Source of the DNA: Vicugna vicugna
Lineage: Eukaryota
Direction of reading: 5' to 3'
Assembly (NCBI GenBank): GCA_013265495.1
Contig: MU058718.1
Location: forward strand, 868,001-932,000
DNA: 64,000 bases
In this document: positions 36,016 through 48,222 of the stretch, in pieces
Position numbering within the stretch: position 1 is the first letter of the stretch
Layout of the letters: every line of letters begins with the position of its first letter
The notes under the pieces: model-generated
What the model was told of the DNA's origin: nothing
Databases searched by the model: none
Seen by the model: only the letters and a program-made list of their open reading frames with translations
Position numbers and translations under genes: made by a program

Positions 36016-36744
36016 CCACCTGTCTTGAACCATTAAAGCACCTTGTTTGTTCCTTCCGGGCACATGTGCATTTGTTCACTTACTTGTTTATCATTTATTC
36101 TTGTGCTTCGTGAATATGAGGAGGGTTTTTTCCCAATTCAGTCAGCCTAGTTAGTGATGTAGTGAGCTCAGCCTTTTGCTATGGGACTGAATCCATGTGG
36201 TGGTGTGATCACTTCTGGGGCTATCACAGAAGAGACCTCCCTCCCGTGGCAGGAAGACCTAGGAGAGTCCTTCCAGGTCACAGCTGCTACACTTCTGTGC
36301 AGTCAAGGTCTTCCATTCATTACATTTCCAGTAGTGTCTCTTTGAGGTTCAGGTCTTCCCCAAGTATTTTCTGTTCTTCACTTGCTACCCACAGGTCATA
36401 GCAGAATGAATCCCATTCAACAAAGAGCCCCACTTCTAGAGTTCCAGAAGCCTCTTTGAGGGTTGGGGTCATGCTATAGCAATAATAACAGTAACGTTCA
36501 CAAAGCATGGATCGTGGGCCAGGCGTGGAGATGTGTGTGCTGTTTGCATTTTTTTTCACTTGTTTCGATGGTCTTCTTACACCCTTGTGAGATAGGTACT
36601 GCTGTTATCATCTCATTTTGAAGATCGGAGCACTGAGGCCTAGGGAGGGTAGATCCCCAGAACTGCCTCCAAACAGCTAAACAAAGAAAGAGAGACAGAG
36701 AGAGAAAGAGAGAGAGATTTCCCTTTTTTTTCCCCCCAAATCTT

Positions 36745-37023
36745 TAGGGTGGGCTGGCTGGCTGGAGACCCAGGCATGAGCATATTAGCAATTCACGTCT
36801 GAAGGCTTTCTGTGGCAAAATTCCTTCTTGCTCTGGGTAGGTCAGTCTTTTGTTCTAGTCAGGCCTTCAACTGATTGGATGAGGCCCACCCACATTGCCA
36901 CAGGAAGGATGATCTGCTTTCCTCAAAGTCCACTAATTTAAATGTTAATCACATCCAGAATAATGTTTGACCACATGCCTGAGTCCTGTGGCCTAGCCAA
37001 GTTGTCACATAAATTAACCATCA
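36745..37023 (-). mobile_element. MLT2-type LTR fragment
   Basis: caggccttcaactgattggatgaggcccacccacatt...ccaagttgtcacataaattaaccatca; similar to 18358-18952. Confidence 0.82.
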
Positions 37024-37337
37024 AAGGCAGTATTTGGCATTTGGGTTTAACCTGGGCTGGGCTGGAATGTAAGGAGGACAGTGTTGGAGAACTTTCTGTT
37101 TCTCACTTAGGGAGGGGAGTCCAGCTCCCACCTACTGTGAGGTACTACCAATGGGCTCTTCTGGTGGGTAAGGTTGTGTGGTTTGTCCATAGAGTATTTG
37201 CCCAAGACCCATCTTTGGGTCAGGGAAATGGGATCTATGAGCAGGTGGTTCCTGCAGTTTTTACCTGAGTAGGCCTCAGGGACCTAGTGATCACCAAGAG
37301 GGCTCACTTGGTGCTGGCTTGCACCATCTTTGGATTG

Positions 37338-38445
37338 CATTCATTCATTCACTCACTCAGCAAACATTTGTTGAATGTCTATTATGTGCCAGATTCTTTC
37401 TAATTCTGAAGATACAGCAGTGAACAAACTCAGACAAAAATGGCTGGTCTCAAGAAATTTACATTCTGGGAAGTGAAGAGAGACAGACATTTAAAGAAAA
37501 CAAACAAAAGTACATCACAGATCAGCTGATGATAAGTGCCAAGGAGAGAAAAAATAAACGTGAGACGGAAAATAGGAAAAGACATGGTGGGCAGTGTGGG
37601 TGGGGGGCTGGTGGTTTGCATTATGGAGTAGAGCTGTCAAGGAAGCCCTCCCTGGAAGAAAAGTTGCCTTTGGAGTGAAGAGCAAGCCATGCAGCTAACA
37701 GGAGGAAGAGAATTCTGGGCAGAGGACACAGCCAGTGCAAAGGCCCTGAGGAAGGAGTGTGCCTGGCATAGAATGAAAGTGAGGAGGGCAGTGGGTGGTG
37801 GGGTTGAAGAGGTAAGAGTAGGCCATAGGGAGTGGGGCCTGGAGGGCTCCAGCCTCTACTTGGAAAGAGCTGGAAGCTATGGGAGGGTTTTGTGTCCAGG
37901 AGTGACATGATTGGCTGTTCTGTTGAGAACAGACTATGAGGTGTGTATATTGGGGGTGAGGAGTGTCTTAGTCTGTTTGGGCTTATACAGCAAAGCATCA
38001 TAGGCTGGGTGGCTGATAAACAATGGAAATTTATTTCCTACTGTCCTGGAGCCTGGGAAGTCCGAGATCAAGGCAGCAGCAGATGTGGTGTCTGGTGAGG
38101 CCCACCTTTTGGATCATAGATGGCTGACTTCCCGCTGTGTCCTCACATGGTGGAAGGGGCAAGGGAGCTCTCTGGGGTCTCTTTTATAAGAGAGGGCTCA
38201 GTCTTCATGACTTAATCACCTCCTAAAGCCCCACCTCCTAATACCATTACCTTAGAGATCAGCATTTCAACATGGATTTTGAGGGGGACATAAACATTCA
38301 GACCATTGCAGGGAGACTGAGGCAACAGCAGGGAGACGCTCACTGCATTTCGGGGGTGAGATGGTGATGCCTCGGACCAGGTGGTGGTGAGAAGTGACTG
38401 GGTTCTGGGCCTGCTTTGAAGGCTGGGCCAGCAGGATTTGCTGCA
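37338..38445 (-). mobile_element. L2 fragment interrupted by MLT1A-like LTR
   Basis: cattcattcattcactcactcagcaaacatttgttga...agtgcaaaggccctgagg...gtgagaagtgactgggttctgg. Confidence 0.75.
37964..38310 (-). mobile_element. MLT1A-like solo LTR
   Basis: tgtcttagtctgtttggg...ttcagaccattgca; 5-bp TSD aggag / gggag. Confidence 0.88.
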
Positions 38446-39586
38446 CAGAGCGGGCCCCTGTGGAGTGTATGCATGGGTAGGGGAGTGCCTTGGGGGAGGG
38501 TTAACATTTGCATTCCCATCCAGCCCTCCTGCACCTTTATAGTCAAGGTGAGAAGAAGATGGTTTTAGATTTTTAGGCTTCTTGTCCTCGACAAGAGTGT
38601 CTGAGGACTGCCTTTGGGGCTGTTTTAGGATGCCTGACAGTTTGGTCTCAATGGGAGAGAAACCTGTCTGGGGGCCAGTGGCTGTGGCTCAGTGTGGATT
38701 TACCCCACCACCCGTCCTCCAGGTCCTTGGGTGCTGTGGACACATACCGCCCCATGGCCATGTAGAGGAAGTGACCTCATCAGTGTGCCTTTCAAGCCAC
38801 ACAGGATGGGTCCTTGTGCGACATTCAGCCGTCGCTCTGGTTTACACCAAATTCAACAACTTGTGGCCTGCAGATCCTCAGTATAAATAGCTGGAAAAGC
38901 CTGACCTTGACAACCTCATTTCTCATTCCTTTCTTGTTACAGGTAATAGAGCTGAAAATGTGGTTTTAATTATAGCACTAATGAAAACTGAAAATCCAGA
39001 CAGACACTTGACGAACTCTGCTGTGCTTTATATTACATTTGTGCTAACTACAAAGTGCCCAGCTGGGTGTAACATTATCCCCCTTTCCTCGAGCATCCGC
39101 CTGACTGAAGCTGTATAATTGATGTGTACTTTGGCAGGAGGTCAGCTTAAAGGGTTTTTTTTTTTTTTTAAGATTTTTTTAAAGCATCTTTAACGGTATT
39201 TGGGGAAAGGAATACGTTTATTACCTGGTCTGGGAGAACATTTCTCTGGGTTGCCTGACACTACCCACCCCCATTCCAAACTTCTAGAGCATTCCACACA
39301 TTACCTTCAGGAACCTCCAGGGCCAGGTGAGCAGAGGGACTGACTTCACACTGGAGCCACATACCTTTGTCCTTGGCCAGGGATGCTGCCTGGGTGAAGC
39401 AATGCCTTACCATGCAAACCTGTTCAGCTCCGTGTTCGTTCCTGTCGGAAGGGTGTGTGCAGTGTCTATGAAAGGGACCGCAGTGGTGGCGGTAAGAGGA
39501 GCCCGCATCACGTCTGTGGGCACCCCTCTGTCCTCATCTGCTGGCCCATAGCTGCTATGTGGCCTCTAGGGAAATTCTTTAGAGAG

Positions 39587-39770
39587 TAGGGTTGTCAAAT
39601 AAAATATAGGATGCCCAGTTAAATTTGAATTTCAGAGAAATAACAAATGATAAACAATGTAAAAGTATTTGCCCTATTAAAAATCTTCTTTATTTTTAAC
39701 TGTTGTTTATCTGAAACCCATATTTGCACTGGGTGTCTTGTAGTTTTATTTGTTGAATCTGGCAACCTTA
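39587..39770. mobile_element. MER53-like palindromic MITE
   Basis: tagggttgtca-aataaaatataggatgcccagttaaatttgaatttcaga ... tctgaaa...ctgggtgtcttgtagttttattt...tggcaacctta. Confidence 0.85.
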
Positions 39771-40129
39771 CTTAACAGGATTTCTGAGACTGGGTAAGGT
39801 TTCTGCAAGGACATCTGAAGAATTCTTGTTCATGGCTTACAGCAAACATAGAACCTCATTTGAAGACCAGGTAAGGTTACGTCTGTTCTAGCTCACCACA
39901 GGCTCCACTCACATCCTCCCTGACTATGAAATCCCCCTCTTATCCTGCTCCGTAGGTCCCAGAGAATGCCATGAATCCACCCCCATGGTTCTAGAATGAT
40001 TGGAATTCATGGCATTGCCTATCTCAAAAATAACAGAAGGTCCTTCAGAGACCTGCTGATGGTCGCGGCATCTTTACTGACTCTGTCAAACTACATAATC
40101 AATCTCTTATTGAATTTATGCTCTTTCTG

Positions 40130-41550
40130 TTTTTGTTTAAATTTTTGAGTAGGTAATATCTATTCATATTATATATACTGATTTCAACAAAACATAGGTG
40201 GTAAATAGTAAGAAGTCTCCCTTTCCCTTCTAATGCCCAGCCATCCAGTTCCCTTCCCCATAGGCAACAAACACTATTAGTTTATTATCTAGTCCTCTGG
40301 ACATACTTATGCATATATATGGAAATAAGCATGTATCTTCCTGTCTCCCAATTTCTATATAATTGTTAGCATACTGTACCCATTGTACTTATACTGAAAT
40401 CACCTCCCTTTTTAAATTTACTGTATCTTGGAGATATTATAGTATCGTGTCATAAAGATCTTTCTTATTCATTTTTATGGCTGCATAATATTACATTGTG
40501 TGTCTTTATCACGTTATTTAATCAGTTTCCCTTTGATGGACATTTGCATGAATTCAAATTGCTGTTACAAAGGACAGTATGGAACATGCATGTATGTTCA
40601 CATCATCATTTTGCATATATGTGAATATATCTTCAGTTAAATTTCTGGATGTGGATTTGTTGGGCCAAGAGTGTATGCATTTACAGTTTTCCAAATTGCT
40701 GTCTCTATTAGTTTCCTATTGCTGCTATAACAAATGACCACAGATATGGTGGCTTAAAGTAACACAAAATTATTATCTTACATTTCTGGAGGTCAGAAGT
40801 CTTAAAATCAAGATGTCATCAGGGCTGTGTTCCTTCTGGAGGCTCTACAGAAAAATTCACTTCCTGGCCTCTTTTAATTCTAGAGAGTGCCTACCTTCCT
40901 TAGCTTGTGACCCCTTCTTCCGTCTTCAAGGCCAGAAATGTAGCACCTTCAAATATCTCCTTCTCTGATCTCTGCCTCCATCGTTACATCTCCTCTGACT
41001 CTGACTCTCTTGCTTCCCTTTTATAAGGACTCTTGTGATTGTATTAAGCCTACCTCAACAATCCAGGATTGTCTCCCATTTCAAGATCCATAACTGGAAT
41101 CACATCTGCAAAGTCCTTTTTCCACATGAGGTAACATATTCGCAGGTTGCAGGTTCACATGTGGCCATCTTTGTGGATCATTATTTACACTACCACACTC
41201 ATGGAATTTGTACCAATGTAAATTCCCATCATGGAATGTGCATTCAAAGTTTTTGCAACTTTGCCAGTCTGGTAGGTTAAGTAAATGATAACTCTAGGTT
41301 AAATTTTAAGTTGCATTTCTCTTATTATTGGTAGGTGGCTGGTTGAGGGAGTTTATCCGAGCGCCTTCTCTTTTTTTCTTTTTCTTTTGAACTGTTCAAA
41401 TCATTACTTATTTTTCTATCAGGTTGTCAGTTGGGAAATGATTGTATATTAGAGTAGATGATATTTCTGAGAAACAAATTGCACATTTTTTGGGGGTAGT
41501 TTATTTCTATCTCAACTTTGCTTATAAGAGCTTTTTTGCCATGCAAAACG
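40130..41550 (-). mobile_element. Old L1ME/L1MC-like fragment containing an MLT1 LTR (~40704-41196)
   Basis: L1: tttttatggctgcataatatt...tgatggacattt; LTR: tattagtttcctattgctgctataacaaatgaccaca...aggtaacatattcgcaggtt. Confidence 0.78.
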
Positions 41551-41561
41551 TTTTATTTTTC

Positions 41562-42371
41562 TTTTTAGACTTAAAAAAAAATTGAAATATAGTTGATTTA
41601 CAATGTTGTGTTAGTTTCTGGTGTACAGCACAGTGATTCAGTTATACACACACATATATATTCTTTTTCATATTCTTTTGTATTATAGGTTATTACAAGA
41701 TATTGAATGTAGTGTCCTGTGTTTTATAGTAGGATCTTGTTGTTTATCTGTTTTATATATAGTAGTTTGTATCTGCTAATCCCAAACTCCTAATTTATCC
41801 CTCCCCCAAATTTCCCTTGATAACTTAAGTTTGTTTTCTATGTCTGTGAGTCTCCTTCTGTTTTGTAAATAAGTTCATTTGTATCCCTTTTTAAGATTCC
41901 ACATATAAGTGATATCATATGCTATTTATCTTTCTCTGTCTGACATTTTTTACTTAGTATGACAATCTCCAGGTCTATCCATGTTGCTGCAAATGGCATT
42001 ATTTTATTCTTTTTTATGACTGAGTAGTATTCCATTATATATATATATATATATATACTACATCTTCTTTATCCAATTATCTGTGATGGACATTTAAGTT
42101 GCTTCCATGTCTTGGCTATTGTAAATAGTGCTGCTATGAACATTGGGGTGCATGTGTCTTTTTGAATTAGAGTTCCCTCTGGATATATGCCCAGAAGTGG
42201 GATTGCTGGATCATATGGTAAGTCTATTTTTAGTTTTCTAAGGAATCTCCATACTGTCCTCCATAGTGTTGTACCAAACTACATTCCCACCAATAGTGTA
42301 GCAGTGTTCTCTTTTCTCCACACCTTCTCCAGCATTTATCATTTGTGGACTTTTTAATGATGGTCATTCTG
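41562..42371 (-). mobile_element. Young cetartiodactyl-type L1 3' end (~0.8 kb)
   Basis: aattgaaatatagttgatttacaatg...gattccacatataagtgatatc...gggattgctggatcatatggta; contains (TA)n ~42036-42057. Confidence 0.9.
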
Positions 42372-43007
42372 GTTGTATTTTTCTGTAGTTAAATTTATCA
42401 AATTTATTTATGGCTTCTAGGTTTTGGGTCATGGTTACAAAGATCTTCTCCATTTCGAGATAATAAAAAAACCCATCGTTTCTTCTTAAATTTAAATAAG
42501 TAAAAAGCACAGGAAACATATGGTCTTTGTTGAAAAGGTAGAAAATATAGAACAAGAAAGAAAGAAAGCCCCCCCTAAAACATACATTCTGTTGTTTACT
42601 GTGTGTAAGAGTGGCCTGCAGATGCCAGCGTGTTTGCAGGTGGGGCCTGGGCAGTGGGCTGCTGAAGCTGATCTTGTGGGTTTGCCAGAGTGGTTGAGCC
42701 TGTCGTGAGCATCTCTTCCCAACACCATATTCAGTAAGATTAAGTTGGCACCTCAAAACTGACCACACTGAGAGTATTTACACTATGCAAATTGGTAAAT
42801 GCCACAAATCAGGCCTTTCTTCCTGGAGAACCCATGGTTAAACATTTACCACCACACAACAAAGGGACTTGTCTAAAAGCCTTTTTAAAAAACTCCAAGA
42901 ACTGATTTTACTTAGATTTTTTTGTTTATTTCAGAGACGAGGAGTTGGAGGGAGGGTTCCAGGGATTATCCATGTGTAGGGGGCAGTTTTAGGTTTGTAG
43001 TGCCTCT

Positions 43008-43008
<1 letters not shown>

Positions 43009-43040
<32 letters not shown>
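43009..43040. repeat. (AC)16 microsatellite
   Basis: Direct read. Confidence 0.95.
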
Positions 43041-43041
<1 letters not shown>

Positions 43042-44670
43042 TTTCTAAAACATCATATATTAAATCTGGTGACCTGCTTCTTTGTCTCCTTAATGGTATA
43101 TTGTTGCCATCTTTCTATCTCAATAAACATTTATCCAAATCATTATTTTAATAGGTGCATAGTATGCCTCAGAATGATTTATTGTATTTGACCAATCCCC
43201 TATTATGAGACAATTATGAAACTTCTGTCTGTGTTGGTTGCCGCCTCCAGATGATATGATACTAGGCTGCTCAATTCTCTCTCCAGGATGTGAGAGAGGT
43301 ATCAGTTAGACAACTTTCAAGAAGTGCTTTGATGCCTTAGGCACATGAGACCTTTACAATGTTGGCATCACCATTCTAATTACCTCTAACCAGGCAGGCC
43401 TTTTGGGAGATGCCCTGGTTTCTTTTGGTATAACCTGCTCCGACCTCTTAGAAACATACACTCTGGAGATATTCACGTGGCAACAACCACTTAGGAAGAA
43501 AGAATGCTAGCACTAGAAATGTGGATTCCAAGAGACAGAAGCCGTGCCGTGAGACAGACAGGGAAGGTGACAATGAAGCCACAGATAAAAATAATGAGGA
43601 TAAATCCCATCAGCTCACTGAGAGGTTTCAGACGGGCCAGCCGGTATGGAGCATGTGGAATGGAGGGTAACTGGAGAAGGTAAGTTTAGGCTAGGAGACA
43701 AAGTGAAAATGACGTTGTCTTGTCAGCATAGTCCTTAGAAAAGTGCAATACAGTACTTATTTCTCAGATATCCAGAATATCCTTAATACTGTGTTAGATG
43801 TTTTGGAGAACTTAAGAGAAGTATAAGGAAGGAATGAGTGGACTGGTTTCAATCAGGGAAAATTTGGAATTTTCGTAAGTGCATAATCACCTTTGAACAA
43901 CTACTTTGTGAAGCATCACTTTGATTTTGCTGTGTCTGGAACCACTGGCTACTGAGTTTGCTTTTGATGGTAAGATACAGCATTACCACACTCTAGTCAG
44001 TTCAGAGTATCCTGTGACAGTATGTGAATAACATAATTGCTCTGAGTGGGATTCCCATCTACAAAAGGGAGGTAGGTGCTCTAAAATTTTTCATCAAGTA
44101 CTAAGAAAGACTATTACTGATAGTGGAATTTTAATTAGTGCCTACACCAAAGCTTTGAAAATTATCTTTCAGTGTTTCTTTGCCCCTACGGGTAAATAGA
44201 CACTACCGAGTGGAAATACTATATACTCTCTGTGGTTTTTGATTCTTAAAACATGTTGTTGCCACTGGAAGGCAGTGTTGCCTAGTCACTGAGTTCAGCC
44301 AAGACCCTGGGTGGATTTGAAGATTTGCCTGAATTTGCAAGGAATTCAGATGAGCCCAGAGAAGTGCTTTTATCTCTGCCTTTCTTCTGAATCTGGCAAA
44401 GATCCTGGGCTCCCCACAGATGCGCCATCCCTGTTGGCTGTTTCCTCACATCAGGTGTGCTGTCATTAATTATGTGAAATCAGCCTGTGTGTATTAAAGT
44501 TGTGAGACTTGATTCCCTTTTCTCTCCACTTTTCCTAAATGTAAAATGGGACCATCTGCCCTTGCGATTATAGCTTCATTGAAAAGCAGACAATGGGAAT
44601 TTCCAAACAACCAGATAGAAACAACATGGTCAATGAATTATAAAGATGTCTTTTCAGAAATCTCACTTTG

Positions 44671-44682
44671 GAAAAAAAAAAA
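44671..44682 (+). mobile_element. Solo poly(A) insertion with 15-bp TSD
   Basis: AGAAATCTCACTTTG (44656-44670) + G(A)11 + AGAAATCTCACTTTG (44683-44697). Confidence 0.8.
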
Positions 44683-46289
44683 AGAAATCTCACTTTGAGT
44701 ATTAACTTTCATTAAACCAAGTTGTTTCATGATTATTCCAGGTTTTTTTTTTCTCATCACCTACTGCACCTGGTAGAATTCTAGGTCAATCATGAGTTCT
44801 CAAAAAAAATTGGTTCAACAATTAAGTAGTCGTTCTGCATTTTTTCCTTCTTATCAACAAATATTCAGGTGATGTTTTTATTTAGAAGCATACTTCAGAA
44901 TTTAAGTTAGGGAGTATTCTCTGTTGATTTTTTAATAGTAGACATCTTCTTTTTAGACTATTAATAATAATCTCTTATCTTTGTACAGCACTTTAACAAT
45001 GTAAAGTCTTTCTCTATGTTTTGTCATTGGATTCTCATAACTGTCTAGTGAGTTTGCTAAAGGAGGAATCATGATTTCCATTTTGATACTTAGGAAACAA
45101 GATCAGGTTGAGTCATCTTCTGCTTCTAAACTGTGCTTTTCCCTTCCTTATACACACAATACATAAACAAAGGCCCCTTCATCTTGTGGGCCACGATAGT
45201 TAGGCTGGAATTGTAGCCTTTAATTCATAGTTTTTTTTGTCCCATCTTTCCTCCCTTGGTTCATTGACAAACATACCTGTTTTTCGTTGTGTCGATAAAT
45301 GATCAACACAGCATGATTTTTCACGGACTTAGAGTGAATAAAAGGCTCTATACATTAAAGCCTTTCCGCTTCTTAGGGGGCTTTATTCTAGGGTGTTTCG
45401 GTAGAAACGTTTTTTACTTGAAAGACTATGGATCACTTTTCAATCGCGGAATTGTCTTATCTGAAATACATTCCTACCTATGCTGAAAGACACAGGTATA
45501 ATCAATGCCTTGATCATACAGACAATCTGTATCAAAAGTACCTTAGATCCCCAAGAGCCTGAGGGGACGAGAGAGAAGGCCTTTAGCAGTGTCAGAATGA
45601 GCTCAGGAGCTCAGCCCCCTCGTGGACCAGGCACGAAGGAAGGTTTCAGCAAACTGCCTCAAAAATCCCTCTAATCCCTTCTGTGTTTTCAGCATCAGAT
45701 AATTAACATATTTCTGGATGCAAGTCACTTCAGTTCAATTGATGCCTTTATGTCCTGCAGCCTCTTCGGTTTAGTGTCATTGCGAAGATGGAAAGCTAGA
45801 ATATACCAGGTGGTAAATTAGATAATGAGGATTCCTTTATCTAGTATACTTACTATCAAAATAGATTGGAAACTGAATTCACCTTCCTCACTGCCCTCCA
45901 GCAAGATTCATCAGTGAGGACTAGTCCCTCAGAAGCTGCTTAGAAACACTGAAGTCAGATTTACCAGCGGTATTCAGACAGTCTGTAAATACCATAAGGT
46001 AGGGTCCTTTTATCCTTGAGTAATCCAGCTCTATGCAGGTGTGTTTTTAAGGAGACTAGAGTGATCACAGTGGTGCTCTTTTTCCTTTTCCATTGTAGTT
46101 TATTAGAAGATATTGACTATAGTTCCTTGTGCTGTGCAGTAGGTCCTTGTTGTTGATCTGTTTTATATAGAGTTGGTGCTCTTCTTTTTATGTTAACGTT
46201 GTGCATGACAGTGAAGTCGCTCACATCATTTAATATCACAAACATACAACTTTAGTTTAAAATTAAAAAACTTTCAACAAATTAAAAGT

Positions 46290-47010
46290 TTTTGCTGAGA
46301 TAATTGTAGATTCACATGCAGTTGTAAGAACTAACACAGAGAGATCCACTGTGCACTTTGCCCAGTTACCCCCAGTGGTAACATTTTGCAAAACCCTAGT
46401 ATAATATCACAGCCAGGTTACTGACATTGATAGTATCCACTGGTCTTGTTCAGATTTCCCCAGTTTTCACTTGTACTCTTGTGGTGTGTGCGGTCTGTGT
46501 GTGTATTTGTGTGTGGTGTGTATGTGTGTGTGTAATTAGTTCTATAGCTTTATCACTTGTGTAGTTCAGGTATCCAGCACCACAATCAAGACACTGAACA
46601 GTTCCATCAGCTCCAGGATCCCTGGTGTTGTTCTTTGATAGCCATTCTCACTTCCCTCCCACCCTGCTCCCTTTCCTACCCCCTGGCAACCATTAATCTG
46701 TCCTTCATTTCTAAAATTTTGTCACTTCAAAAATGTTATATAAATGGAATCATACAGTGCATAACCTTTGATGACTGCCTTTTCCCATTCAGCATAGTTC
46801 CCCAGAGATTCATCCAAGCTGCTGTGTGTGTCAGTTGTTCATTCCTTTTCATTGCTGAATTGTATTCTGTGGTATAGTTTGTTCACTCATTGAAGGACAT
46901 CTGACTTATTTCCAGTTTGGGGCTATTAGGAATAAAGCGTCTATGAACATCTGTGTACAGGTGTTGTGTGAACATAAGTTTTCATATCTCTGGAATAAAT
47001 GCCCAATTCA
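46290..47010 (-). mobile_element. L1MC/L1MB-like 3' fragment
   Basis: gataattgtagattcacatgcagttgtaag...aatgttatataaatggaatcatacag...ctggaataaatgccca. Confidence 0.82.
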
Positions 47011-48167
47011 TTAAAAAAAAACAACTTTTTAAGAGTAGCAAAAGTGGTAGAATGTTCATATTGCCTTCCAGAAGGTACATTCTTCGAAAAGATGATCCAT
47101 ATCAGCTTGCAAAGACACTCAGACTTGTCAACATGTCTTGTAGACATGTATATTATTTTCATCTTGTCCCAGGTGAACCGAGACTTTTTCCCATAAAAAT
47201 GAGTTGAATTTCAGTTCATTATATGAGTATTTCATGGGGAGATGAGGTATAAATACTTGTAAAAGAACAAAAAGGATGTACAAGCAGAGTCATCACTTCC
47301 TGCTTTGCCGTTTCATCTGTAAACTGTCCAGTTATCTGAAGCAGCTCTATTATTGCCATGTTGCATTATAATCATCTCTACGCACCAGACTCCCCACCCT
47401 GGTGACCTCTCAATTCTTTGAAAATTGGGCTCCTGTCTTAATCATCTCAGTAATGCAGGGCAGATATTCAATAAATATTTCTGAAAGACTCTATTTCTTT
47501 TTTACATAAGTCATCTAATATGTTTAATTTTCATCCAGCTAATTTGATAAAAAATAGCAAGACTATACCTCAATATCTTCTAATTACACAATTGCAGTCT
47601 TATATAGAGAAAAACTCCTGATTAAGACCATGTTTTGGAGAAAATTGGAGAGTGGTTTTAATGTTTGTTAGGATGAAAGGAATTTATTAAGGACAGAAGT
47701 GATATAATGTACTATTTCTCATGAGAGAAAATAGATTAAGAATTCAACTCTTTCCAGTGTAATGTCAAAAAATGACAACCCAACATTTATCCCATACCTA
47801 CATTTTGTAGTGACATTAGTGCATGTGTGACTTTTCAATACTTTATATTTTGACAATTGGAAGATATTTAATGTTATGCAAATTCAGGTTTATATGGGGT
47901 GTGTTTTCAGCAACACTCTTTGGAGACTATAGCCATCATGGCAAGACGTATATCAGAAGTCTAGGATAATTTTATTTTACCATCAGTGGTTTGAGTTTGA
48001 CATTTTATTTTAAACTTCATGATGGATTGAATTTCTGGTATTAAAACCATAGCCTTTGTATATTGCCTTGCTTTGGTCCTCACCCAAGATGGTAAGGCCC
48101 CATGGTCCTGGAGCCCAGAGTCGGCTTTATTTATAGAAAAAATTTAACTTTACAATATCTGTATCAT

Positions 48168-48222
48168 TACACCAGAAACTGACACAACATTGTAAACTGA
48201 CCATACTTCAATAAAAAAATAA
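48168..48222 (+). mobile_element. 55-bp L1 3' terminus with TSD
   Basis: tacaccagaaactgacacaacattgtaaactgaccatacttcaataaaa; TSD aatatctgtatcat (48154-48167) / aatatctctatcat (48223-48236). Confidence 0.85.
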
